Assembly (NCBI GenBank): GCA_045804265.1
Contig: JBJMNK010000116.1
Location: forward strand, 1,867-65,866
Source: Gemmatimonadaceae bacterium
GTDB taxonomy: Bacteria > Gemmatimonadota > Gemmatimonadetes > Gemmatimonadales > Gemmatimonadaceae
Length of the DNA: 64,000 nt
Reading direction: 5' to 3'
The notes beneath the pieces were generated by a model, which was not told the DNA's origin, did not search any database, and saw only the letters and a list, made by a program, of their open reading frames with translations. Below, piece by piece: positions 56,316-64,000 of this stretch (the stretch's first letter is position 1; each line of letters begins with the position of its first letter). The position numbers were made by a program, and so were the translations under genes.

Positions 56316-57659
56316 TTAGGCGCCGATGCCCGCCGCCAGCAGCGTGAATGCCAGTCCCGCCACGCCGATGATCGTCTCCGCGACTGTCCACGTCGCCAGC
56401 GTCTGCGGGACGGTCATGTCGAAGTATTCCTTGATCAGCCAGAACCCCGAATCGTTGACGTGTGACAGCACGAGCGATCCGGCGCCGGTCGCGATCACGA
56501 GGAGCTCAGCGCTCGTGCCGGGAACCAGAAGGGCGATCGGGGCGACGATGCCGGCGGCGGTCGTCATCGCGACGGTTGCCGAACCGGTCGCGACGCGGAT
56601 CAGGGCGGCGATCGACCAGGCGAGCAGCAGGGGCGACGCGTGCGAGGTCGCGGCGATTCCGGCGATGGCGCTGCCGACACCGCTCGCGATCAGCACCCTG
56701 TTGAAGCCGCCGCCGGCGCCGATGACGAGGATGATCGCCGCGGTCGGGGCGAGGCAGTCGTTGGTGAACTTGAGGATGTCGTGGCGGGTGAATCCCTGCC
56801 GCGCGCCTAACGACCAGAAGGAGATCAGCAGCGCGATCAGCAGCGAGACGACCGGGTTGCCGGCGAAGTCGAGCGCCTGGCGAACGCGGTCGCTGCTGCC
56901 TGACGTCATGTCGGCCACGCTCGCCGCCATCATCAGGATGACGGGCACGAGCACCGTCAGCACCGCGACGGCGAACGACGGCATCGCCGTCGGCGCCGTC
57001 CCTTCCAGAATTGCGGCCATCGGGTTGTCGCGCGCGAGCCGGATGCGCGGCGCTACCCACGACGCGTAAATCGGCCCGGCCAGCGCCGCCGTCGGCAGCC
57101 CGATCAGCAGCGACCAGAGGATCGTCTTCCCGACGTCGGCGTGATATGCGCCGACCGCGAGCATCGCCGCCGGATGCGGCGGCACCATCCCGTGCACCAC
57201 CGACAGCCCGGCGACGAGCGGGATCCCGATCTTCACCAGCGAGAGCCCGGTGCGCCGCGCGATCGTGAACACGAGCGGGATGAGCAGGACGAACCCGACC
57301 TGGAAGAAGACCGGGATCCCGACGATGAAGGCGACGAACATGATCGCCCAGTGGACGCGCCGCTCGCCGAACCGACCGATCAGCGTCGTCGCGATTCGCG
57401 TCGCGCCCCCCGACTCGGCCATCATCTTCCCGAGCATCGTCCCCAGCCCGACGACGACGGCGATGAAACCGAGTGCGGTTCCGACGCCCTCCTGGAAGGC
57501 GCCGACGACGCCGCCTAACGGCATCCCGGCCGCCCCGCCGAGCGCGAGCGAGACGACCACCAGAGCGACGAACGGGTGCAGCCGGAAGCGCGCGATGAGG
57601 ATGATCAGCGCGACGACCGCGCCGCCGGCGAGGAGGAGGAGCCGGGCGTCGTGCGTCAC
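56316..57659 (-). CDS. GntP family permease (gluconate:H+ symporter family)
   Basis: 447 aa and about 12 TM segments. Its overall pattern, including GAFQEGVG, matches GntP-family permeases. GTG start overlapping the gluconokinase stop. Confidence 0.9.
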   Translation of the reverse strand: MTHDARLLLLAGGAVVALIILIARFRLHPFVALVVVSLALGGAAGMPLGGVVGAFQEGVGTALGFIAVVVGLGTMLGKMMAESGGATRIATTLIGRFGERRVHWAIMFVAFIVGIPVFFQVGFVLLIPLVFTIARRTGLSLVKIGIPLVAGLSVVHGMVPPHPAAMLAVGAYHADVGKTILWSLLIGLPTAALAGPIYASWVAPRIRLARDNPMAAILEGTAPTAMPSFAVAVLTVLVPVILMMAASVADMTSGSSDRVRQALDFAGNPVVSLLIALLISFWSLGARQGFTRHDILKFTNDCLAPTAAIILVIGAGGGFNRVLIASGVGSAIAGIAATSHASPLLLAWSIAALIRVATGSATVAMTTAAGIVAPIALLVPGTSAELLVIATGAGSLVLSHVNDSGFWLIKEYFDMTVPQTLATWTVAETIIGVAGLAFTLLAAGIGA

Positions 57660-58246
57660 GCGTCATCCTCCGATGGTGGCTTGCCCACGCCCCGCGGTGC
57701 GGTGCGAGCCCCCATGTTCGCCCTGATGCGCGACGTCAGCTGCGCGATGATCTCGTCCGGCGCCTGCTCGGCGTCGTAGATCCAGGCGCCCTCGTCGGGC
57801 GACGGGATTTCGAGCGTCGCGAGCTGGCTGTCGAGCAGCACCGCCGGCATGTAATGTCCGTGCCGGTTCTCCAGTCGCTCGGCGATCAGCGGGCGCGGCG
57901 CGGTGAGGAGTATGAACTGCACGTCGGGATCGCCGCCGCGCAGCAGGTCGCGATAGCTGCGCTTGAGCGCCGACGCGGCGATGACGAGTCCCTTGCCGGC
58001 GCGCCGGGCGTCGAGCAGCCGCGCGGCGAGCGCGGCGAGCCAGCCCTGGCGGTCGGCATCGGTGAGCGGGGTCCCCGACCGCATCCGCGCCACGTTCTCC
58101 GGCGGATGGTAGTCGTCGCCCTCGGCGAAGTCGCTGCCTAACGCGCGGGCGAGCCGCGAGCCGATCAGCGACTTTCCCGCGCCGGAGACTCCCATCACGA
58201 CGTAGCGACCAGTGTCCAGTGCGGCCTCGAGTGCAGAGGGTGGCAT
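57656..58246 (-). CDS. gntK: Gluconokinase
   Basis: P-loop VVMGVSGAGKSLIGSRLA, then DDYHPPENVARM and SALKRSYRDLL. Only the last 196 codons of the 675-aa track ORF are credible. Confidence 0.85.
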   Translation of the reverse strand: MPPSALEAALDTGRYVVMGVSGAGKSLIGSRLARALGSDFAEGDDYHPPENVARMRSGTPLTDADRQGWLAALAARLLDARRAGKGLVIAASALKRSYRDLLRGGDPDVQFILLTAPRPLIAERLENRHGHYMPAVLLDSQLATLEIPSPDEGAWIYDAEQAPDEIIAQLTSRIRANMGARTAPRGVGKPPSEDDA

Positions 58247-58381
58247 CGAGCGAGTGGAAAGTACAGCCGAAGCTAGCGAAGTGCTCGGGTCCGTTCGACG
58301 AGCGCCGGCGCGAGGGCTCGCTGGCCGCTCGCGCCAGGATGTGGTACGTTCGCGAAGGCGTTGCTCCCCCCCGGAGGGCCC

Positions 58382-60244
58382 ATGCTGCTCCTCGCACTCG
58401 CACTCGCCGCCTCGACTACGATCGCCGGCACGACCACGCACCCGGTCGCCGACGTCGTGCCTAACGACAACCGCATACCGGCTGGACGTCTCGACGGGGG
58501 AGTCCTCACTCTCCGCGTCGTCGCCGAGGACGCAACCTTCTACCCGGAGACGAAGCGCGGGCCGGGAATCGCCGTGTATGCGTTCGCCGAGGAAGGAAGC
58601 GGACCGACCGTGCCGGGGCCGTTGATTCGCGTGCCGGCAGGCACCGAGATTCGTGTCTTCCTGCGCAATGCGCTCGCCACGCCGCTCTGCGTCCGTGGGC
58701 TGCAGGACCACACGACCTCGATGCTCGACACGGTCGACATCGCAGCGGGTGCGACGCGCGAGGTGCGCTTCCGCGCGAACTCGGCGGGAACATTCATCTA
58801 CTGGGCGCGCGCGACGCAGGATGGGACCGGGTTTGGCTGGAGCCAGGACTCGCAGCTCACCGGCGCTTTCATCGTCGACCCGCCGAACACGAAGCCGCGC
58901 GCCGATGAGCGGATCATGGTCATGACGCTCTACGCCGACACGCTCGACCAGAACGGGCATGAGGTGCGTCGCGAGCCGATCACCATCAACGGCGTCGCCT
59001 GGCCGTGGACGGAGCGCCTGACGTACACAGTCGGCGACACGGTGCGCTGGCGCGTCCTCAACGCCACTATCGCGAACCACCCGATGCACCTGCACGGGTT
59101 CTACTTCGACGTCACCAGCAAGGGCGACACGACGCGCGACACCGTCTACACGCCGGTACAGCGCCGCAAGGCAGTGACCGAGATGCTCACTCCCGGCGCG
59201 ACGATGTCCGTTGCCTGGATCCCGACGAGGCCGGGGAACTGGCTCTTCCACTGCCATCTCATCTATCACATCGACGCCAGCCGCAGGCTCGCCGACGCGG
59301 TGCCGGTGGGCTACGAGCACAATCACGCCTTCGACGGGATGTCGGGGCTGGTGATGGCGATCCAGGTCGCACCGGCGCACGGCGCGGTCGCCACCGCGCC
59401 CGACCCAATTGCCCGCCGGCGCATCTACCTCTTCATCGACGAAAGGCCTAACGTTTTCGGCGACCGTCCCGGCTACGCTTTCGTGCTCCAGCGCGACAGC
59501 ATGCCGCCAGCGGTGGATTCGGCGCCATCCCCCAGCTCGACGCTGGTGCTCCACCGCAACGAGCCGACCGAGATCGTCGTCGTCAACCGGCTGCAAGCCG
59601 GTCACGCCAGCATCCACTGGCATGGCATCGAGCTCGAGAGCTTCTATGACGGCGTCGGTGGCTGGAGCGGAGCAGGGGATCATCTCGCGCCGGTGATCGC
59701 CCCGGGTGATTCATTCGTCGTGCGGATGACTCCCGATCGCGCCGGGACTTTCATCTATCACACGCATGTCGACGAGGGGAAGCAGCTCACGTCCGGGCTC
59801 TATGGCCCGCTGATCGTCCTCGCCGAGGGCGCCGCGGTGGACACCACCGATCGCATCTTCCTCATCGGCGACCCGGGCCCGACCGACACGCCGCGCCTCG
59901 TCGTCGCGCCCTTCATCAACGGTTCGACCACACCACCGCCGCTCGAGCTGCGCGCCGGCACTACGCATCGCATCCGCTTCGTCAGTATCTCCGGGGCGTT
60001 CGTGCGTCGTGTGCGGCTCATCTCCGAGACTGGCATCGAGCGCTGGCGCGCCGTAGCCAAGGACGGCGCCGACCTTCCGCTCCGTCAGGCCACCATGCGC
60101 AACGCGCAAGTCGACCTCGGCCCCGGCGAGACCGCCGACTTCGAGGTGCGCCGGGACAAGCCCGAAGTCCTGACAATGGAGATCGTGACCGCGCCGGCGC
60201 AGAAGCGGCCGCACCTGATGAAGATCCCGGTGATCGTGCGGTGA
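58382..60244 (+). CDS. Multicopper oxidase family protein (secreted)
   Basis: GGAGGG lies upstream of the ATG. Copper ligand motifs HPMHLHG, HCHLIYH, IHWHGIE and YHTHVDE. Confidence 0.8.
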   Translation: MLLLALALAASTTIAGTTTHPVADVVPNDNRIPAGRLDGGVLTLRVVAEDATFYPETKRGPGIAVYAFAEEGSGPTVPGPLIRVPAGTEIRVFLRNALATPLCVRGLQDHTTSMLDTVDIAAGATREVRFRANSAGTFIYWARATQDGTGFGWSQDSQLTGAFIVDPPNTKPRADERIMVMTLYADTLDQNGHEVRREPITINGVAWPWTERLTYTVGDTVRWRVLNATIANHPMHLHGFYFDVTSKGDTTRDTVYTPVQRRKAVTEMLTPGATMSVAWIPTRPGNWLFHCHLIYHIDASRRLADAVPVGYEHNHAFDGMSGLVMAIQVAPAHGAVATAPDPIARRRIYLFIDERPNVFGDRPGYAFVLQRDSMPPAVDSAPSPSSTLVLHRNEPTEIVVVNRLQAGHASIHWHGIELESFYDGVGGWSGAGDHLAPVIAPGDSFVVRMTPDRAGTFIYHTHVDEGKQLTSGLYGPLIVLAEGAAVDTTDRIFLIGDPGPTDTPRLVVAPFINGSTTPPPLELRAGTTHRIRFVSISGAFVRRVRLISETGIERWRAVAKDGADLPLRQATMRNAQVDLGPGETADFEVRRDKPEVLTMEIVTAPAQKRPHLMKIPVIVR

Positions 60245-60259
60245 TCGCGCGTTAGGCGG

Positions 60260-60979
60260 TCAGTCGGTCACAGCCACCGGCACGAGCGCGTCCGCCGCGT
60301 CGTACCCGGGATTGTTGATCCGCGGCGAGATGCGATCGGCGTCCAGCTCGGCCATCGGGTACGGATTCGTCTCGAGCAGCCGCTGCACCGCGTCGGCGTC
60401 GGTCAGGTCGGGGTCGAGCCAGTCGGCGTAGCGCTCGGGGGTGAGCAGCCGCGCCATGCGATGGTGGAACTTCCCGAACCAGTCGTCGGCCGCGCCGACG
60501 ATCACCGTGCAGCTCCACAGCTCTTCGCCCTTGTCCGCCGAGCACCAGCGATCCCAGAGGCCGGCCATCGCGAACGGAACGCTGTCGGGGTGGCGGATGC
60601 GGAACGGGATCCGCGCACCCTTCGCGCCCGTCCACTCGATGATCCCGTCGACGATCACCAGGCAGCGCTGCCGCTGCCACGCGCGACGGAACGTCGGCGC
60701 GCTGCTCGCGCGCTCCAGGCGTGCGTTGAAGGTGCTGTAGTCGCGGTCGAAGCGCGCGACTTCCTCGGCGCTGCGCAGGTGTCCCGGCACGAGGTTCCAG
60801 TGCATCGGTCGCAGCGTGAGCTGGCCGCTGTCGGGATCGACGTGGACGACGGGAATGTCCTGCCGCGGCGAAAGATTGAAACGCGGCTGGAACAAGTCAT
60901 AGCTGTTCGTCCGCTCGGTGAAGCTGAAGCGGTCGGGGAGGATCTCCCCCGTCTCGGTGATCGTCGCGCGTCCACACAT
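60260..60979 (-). CDS. SOS response-associated peptidase (SRAP/YedK family, abasic-site sensor)
   Basis: The protein starts MCGR (catalytic Cys2). NLSPRQDIPVV...FNARLE...RRCLVIVDGIIEW...FAMAGLW motifs. Confidence 0.85.
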   Translation of the reverse strand: MCGRATITETGEILPDRFSFTERTNSYDLFQPRFNLSPRQDIPVVHVDPDSGQLTLRPMHWNLVPGHLRSAEEVARFDRDYSTFNARLERASSAPTFRRAWQRQRCLVIVDGIIEWTGAKGARIPFRIRHPDSVPFAMAGLWDRWCSADKGEELWSCTVIVGAADDWFGKFHHRMARLLTPERYADWLDPDLTDADAVQRLLETNPYPMAELDADRISPRINNPGYDAADALVPVAVTD

Positions 60980-61108
60980 GGTGCGGATAGTATCGCCGGG
61001 TCGCACGCTGCCACAACCGCGTCACCCTCAGCCTTGCGGGGCGCTCATGGAAGGGGCATGCTCTTCAGCCCAGCGGATTCCCTATCAGCGAAATGCGCGG
61101 AGGACATC

Positions 61109-62521
61109 ATGAACATCGAAGCGCTCGAGCGCGAGTTCCGAGGCGAGATCCTGACGGCTGAATCGCCCGGCTACGAGGAGGCCCGCCACATCTGGAATGC
61201 GATGATCGACAAGCGACCGGCCGCGATCGCGCGCTGCCGCAATGCGGACGACGTCGTCGCTGCGGTCCGCTTCGCGGCGCGGGAGGGAATCTTCCCCGCA
61301 GTGCGCGGCGGCGGTCACAATGCCGCCGGACTGGCGATGGTCGATGATGGACTCGTGATCGACGTCTCGCCGATGAAGCGCATACGCGTTGACACCGACG
61401 CGCGGACTGCCGTGGCCGAGACCGGGCTCACCTGGGGCGAGTTCGACCGCGCGACGCAGGCACACGGGCTGGCGGTCACCGGCGGACTGATCTCGAGCAC
61501 GGGGATCGCCGGGCTCACGTTAGGCGGCGGCGTCGGCTGGCTGATGGGGCAATGCGGACTCTCCTGCGACAACACGCTCTCGTACGACGTGGTCACTGCG
61601 AACGGCGAGATGATCACCGCCAGCGCCGACGAACATCAGGACCTGTTCTGGGCGCTGAAGGGCGGTGGTGGCAACTTCGGCGTCGTCACTTCGATCACGT
61701 ATCGCCTCTATCCGGTCACGCAGGTGATCTCGGGAATGCTGATTCACCCGATCGCGCGGGCGCGCGAGGTGCTCACCTTTTATCGCGATTTCGTCTCCGC
61801 CGGCCTCCCCGATGAACTGGTGATCTACGCTTCGGCCATCACGACGCCGGAAGGGGTGCCGGTGATCGCGCTGATCCCCGCGTACACTGGAAAGGACCTC
61901 GCGGAAGGCGAGCGTATCCTCGCGCCGCTGCGCGCGTTCGGTCCGCCGGTCGTCGACATGGTGCAACGGATGCCCTACCTCGCGATGCAGTCGATGATCG
62001 ATCCAGCATGTCCTTACGGAAAGATGCGCAGCTACTGGAAGTCGCACTTCCTCAGCGCGCTCCCCGACGCGGCGATCGAAACCTTCGTGCAGCACGCCGA
62101 GCAATGCACGTCGCCGCGTACGTTCGTGATCATCGAGCACGCGCACGGCGCGGCGGCTCGCGTCGCGCCCGACGCGACCGCGTTCCCGGTTCGCGAGCAC
62201 GAGTTCAACCTCGTCGTGCTCAGCCTCTGGGACGACGCGAGCGACGACGCGCGGCAGATTGCGTGGACACGCGCCTTCTATCAGGCGATGCAGCCCTGGT
62301 CGGCGGCGCTGGTGTACGTCAACGCCCTCAGCGACGACGACGGCGGTCGTGTCGCCGAAGCGTACGGACAGAACTTCGAGCGGCTCGCCGACGTGAAGGC
62401 GAAGTACGATCCGGGAAACATGTTCCGGCGGAACCAGAACGTACCGCCGGCGCGGGTTTCAGGCGGGGCAGGGCTGCCGATGCGCGACGAGTCGGCGGTG
62501 TGGAGCGCGCCGCCGGCCTGA
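61109..62521 (+). CDS. FAD-binding oxidoreductase (FAD-linked oxidase / BBE-like family)
   Basis: GGAGGA lies upstream of the ATG. VRGGGHNAAGLA...GGLISSTGIAGLTLGGGVGWL...DLFWALKGGGGNFGVVT. C-terminal BBE-like region KAKYDPGNMFRRNQNV. Confidence 0.85.
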   Translation: MNIEALEREFRGEILTAESPGYEEARHIWNAMIDKRPAAIARCRNADDVVAAVRFAAREGIFPAVRGGGHNAAGLAMVDDGLVIDVSPMKRIRVDTDARTAVAETGLTWGEFDRATQAHGLAVTGGLISSTGIAGLTLGGGVGWLMGQCGLSCDNTLSYDVVTANGEMITASADEHQDLFWALKGGGGNFGVVTSITYRLYPVTQVISGMLIHPIARAREVLTFYRDFVSAGLPDELVIYASAITTPEGVPVIALIPAYTGKDLAEGERILAPLRAFGPPVVDMVQRMPYLAMQSMIDPACPYGKMRSYWKSHFLSALPDAAIETFVQHAEQCTSPRTFVIIEHAHGAAARVAPDATAFPVREHEFNLVVLSLWDDASDDARQIAWTRAFYQAMQPWSAALVYVNALSDDDGGRVAEAYGQNFERLADVKAKYDPGNMFRRNQNVPPARVSGGAGLPMRDESAVWSAPPA

Positions 62522-62539
62522 CTCGTCGCGCGCCTCTGC

Positions 62540-63076
62540 CTAACGTGCTGCTGGCCGCGCGCGGACGAGCGTGAGCCGGGCGAATGGCGACAGCTGCCCC
62601 GCGTTGTCGTTGTCCATCCGCCACGTCCAGCTGTCCGCGCGACGGTCGTAGGTCATGGTGTTGTGGAAGCTGGTGGTCGCGTCGTGATGAAAGACGAACG
62701 GGATCGAGTCGCCGCTCGGCGCGACCTGCGCCAGCGAACCCGGCGCGATCCCACCATAGACGTCGAGCCAGACGCACGCGTACTGCTTCGCGTCGCCGTT
62801 CCACCCGACGTAGATGTCAGCCTGGTACTGCGGGTCCCCGTTGCCGCCCTTCTCGCGCGAGACCTCGTGCAGATGCACGTACTGGTGGCCGAGCACCCAC
62901 TCGGCGGTGACGTCGTGCGTGGTCGGCTGGTCGTCGATGGTGCCGGTGAGCGTCCAGCGTCCGACCATGCGATCAAGCAGCGGGTCGCTGAGCGTCGGCT
63001 GTTGCGCGAGCGCAGGACGCGGGTGCAGCGACGCGATGGTGAGCAGCGCGGCGACGGCGAGGGAGAGGTGGCGCAT
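62540..63076 (-). CDS. DUF1579 domain secreted protein
   Basis: Signal peptide MRHLSLAVAALLTIASLHPRPALA. GRWTLTGT...WVLGHQYVHLH pattern. Confidence 0.7.
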   Translation of the reverse strand: MRHLSLAVAALLTIASLHPRPALAQQPTLSDPLLDRMVGRWTLTGTIDDQPTTHDVTAEWVLGHQYVHLHEVSREKGGNGDPQYQADIYVGWNGDAKQYACVWLDVYGGIAPGSLAQVAPSGDSIPFVFHHDATTSFHNTMTYDRRADSWTWRMDNDNAGQLSPFARLTLVRARPAAR

Positions 63077-63157
63077 GGGGGCTCCTCGAGGATGTCGGTG
63101 ATTCGTGTTCCGGAATCAACGGGTCGCGGGTGCGTCCGGTAAGTACCGGGGGAGACG

Positions 63158-63313
63158 GAAGCAACGGCAACAGCATTTCCACAGGAGCCACAGAGGGCGC
63201 AGACCGTCTGGATGAAGTGGCACGACTGAAGCAACGGCAACAGCATTTCCACAGGAGCCACAGAGGGCACAGAGGGGTCTGATCAAACCCTCTGTGCCCT
63301 CTGTGGCTCCTGT
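63158..63313. repeat. Family A palindromic element with a 70-bp-period direct duplication of its left flank and arm
   Basis: GAAGCAACGGCAACAGCATTTCCACAGGAGCCACAGAGGGC occurs at 63158-63199 and again at 63228-63269. The second copy continues into the hairpin ACAGGAGCCACAGAGGGCACAGAGGGG-TCTGATCAAA-CCCTCTGTGCCCTCTGTGGCTCCTGT. Confidence 0.75.
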
Positions 63314-63858
63314 TCAATTCGTGCTCGTTGTCTGTAGTGGGAGGAACGGCTGCTTCGATCTGAGGCTCATCGGTGCCTCGGGCGCACTGGTTGCTCGTCT
63401 TGACCCGCCCTCGCGCCTCCTCACCTCCCGAAACGCGAAACGTCAGCCCCACATCGACAGTCTATCGAATGTGTCCGCCTCTTCGAGCCGGATTCGCCGA
63501 CACGGATCGACGGCTCCCCGGGTCGGGACGCCGAACATCAGACTCCTCCCAACCTCACCCCACATGCGCGAGCTCACCCCCATCTACTCCGCCGCAACGC
63601 CGGCTCGGCTGCGCTCGACGCTCGTGGGATTCCTCGCGCTGATGCTCGCGCTCGGCGTCGTCGCATCGATCGCCAGCGTCTGACGCTCGCCGCGCGGCCC
63701 GCGTGTCCCGGGTCGCCGCACGTTAGGCAGCCGATGACCGGAAAATGTGAGCTGCGCCCACTTGTGAAGACAGTGGCCGCCTGGCGATCATGATCACTCT
63801 CGTCGCGGAAGGCGCGCGAGCTCACCAGAGTGGAGATGCGGGAATGGAACGGCGACTG

Positions 63859-64000
63859 ATGAAGAGCCTCGCAGCGATCGCGGCGGGGGCGGTGCTCGTT
63901 GGCGCGATCGCGGCCTGCGACAACGACGGCCACACGATCTCGGGACCGCAGGTGACCCAGTACACCCTGACGTCGATCGACAGCGAGCCGCTCCCGCACG
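63859..64000 (+). CDS. Hypothetical lipoprotein, 5' fragment running off the window (start 63859 or 63844)
   Basis: MKSLAAIAAGAVLVGAIAAC lipobox. The frame stays open to the window end. Confidence 0.5.
   Translation, partial: MKSLAAIAAGAVLVGAIAACDNDGHTISGPQVTQYTLTSIDSEPLPH

Noticed and set aside
58247-59683. N-terminal 479 codons of the 675-aa ORF 57656..59683(-)
   Set aside because: Only the C-terminal 196 residues form a gluconokinase with a P-loop. The upstream part is antisense to the multicopper oxidase gene and is compositionally aberrant.
63564-63683. 39-aa ORF MRELTPIYSAATPARLRSTLVGFLALMLALGVVASIASV within track ORF 63294..63683
   Set aside because: It contains one plausible TM helix. 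There is no clear RBS and no family, and the upstream part of the track ORF crosses the repeat element. It is too weak to call.
518-63728. GCCTAACG as a polar Chi/KOPS-like signal, or as part of a dispersed repeat or mobile element
   Set aside because: The orientations are about equal (34 versus 31) and interleaved across the window, so no polarity is visible here. Flanks are unrelated, so the word is not embedded in a longer repeat. A replichore-scale skew cannot be judged from one window.

Overview
High-GC (by eye about two-thirds G+C, not computed), densely packed bacterial chromosomal segment. I call about 55 protein-coding genes. I recognised no rRNA, tRNA, CRISPR array, transposase, integrase or prophage genes. 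Gene content is envelope, scavenging and stress metabolism: two M1 peptidases, an M61 peptidase, an S45 acylase, GH2/GH16/GH43 glycosidases, MacB-type permeases, an ABC exporter, APC, GntP and YfcC transporters, a Ser/Thr kinase, two DUF5916/CBM9-like outer-membrane proteins, a multicopper oxidase, a truncated haemoglobin and an SRAP peptidase. This looks like a soil Gemmatimonadota/Acidobacteriota-like organism, which is inference only. Many long antisense shadow ORFs in the track are high-GC artefacts. The signals most worth a second look are as follows. (1) The exact 8-mer GCCTAACG or its complement occurs about 65 times (about 1 per kb). Both orientations are about equal and most copies lie inside unrelated genes. 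Inside genes it is written mainly as the rare-codon pairs TTA-GGC or CCT-AAC, which resembles a DNA-uptake or recognition sequence. (2) A secreted PrxQ/BCP peroxiredoxin has an in-frame TGA exactly at the peroxidatic Cys position, followed by a hairpin, so it is probably a selenoprotein. (3) A secreted Asn-Gly-Thr repeat protein is full of N-x-S/T sequons. Its leader module is duplicated in a neighbouring beta-barrel protein, and an L,D-transpeptidase gene lies between them. (4) Several families of intergenic palindromic, MITE-like elements have arms built from tandem 8-9-mers, with no transposase in the window. (5) A MoaD/ThiS-like GG-terminal protein is tightly paired with a BNR beta-propeller protein.
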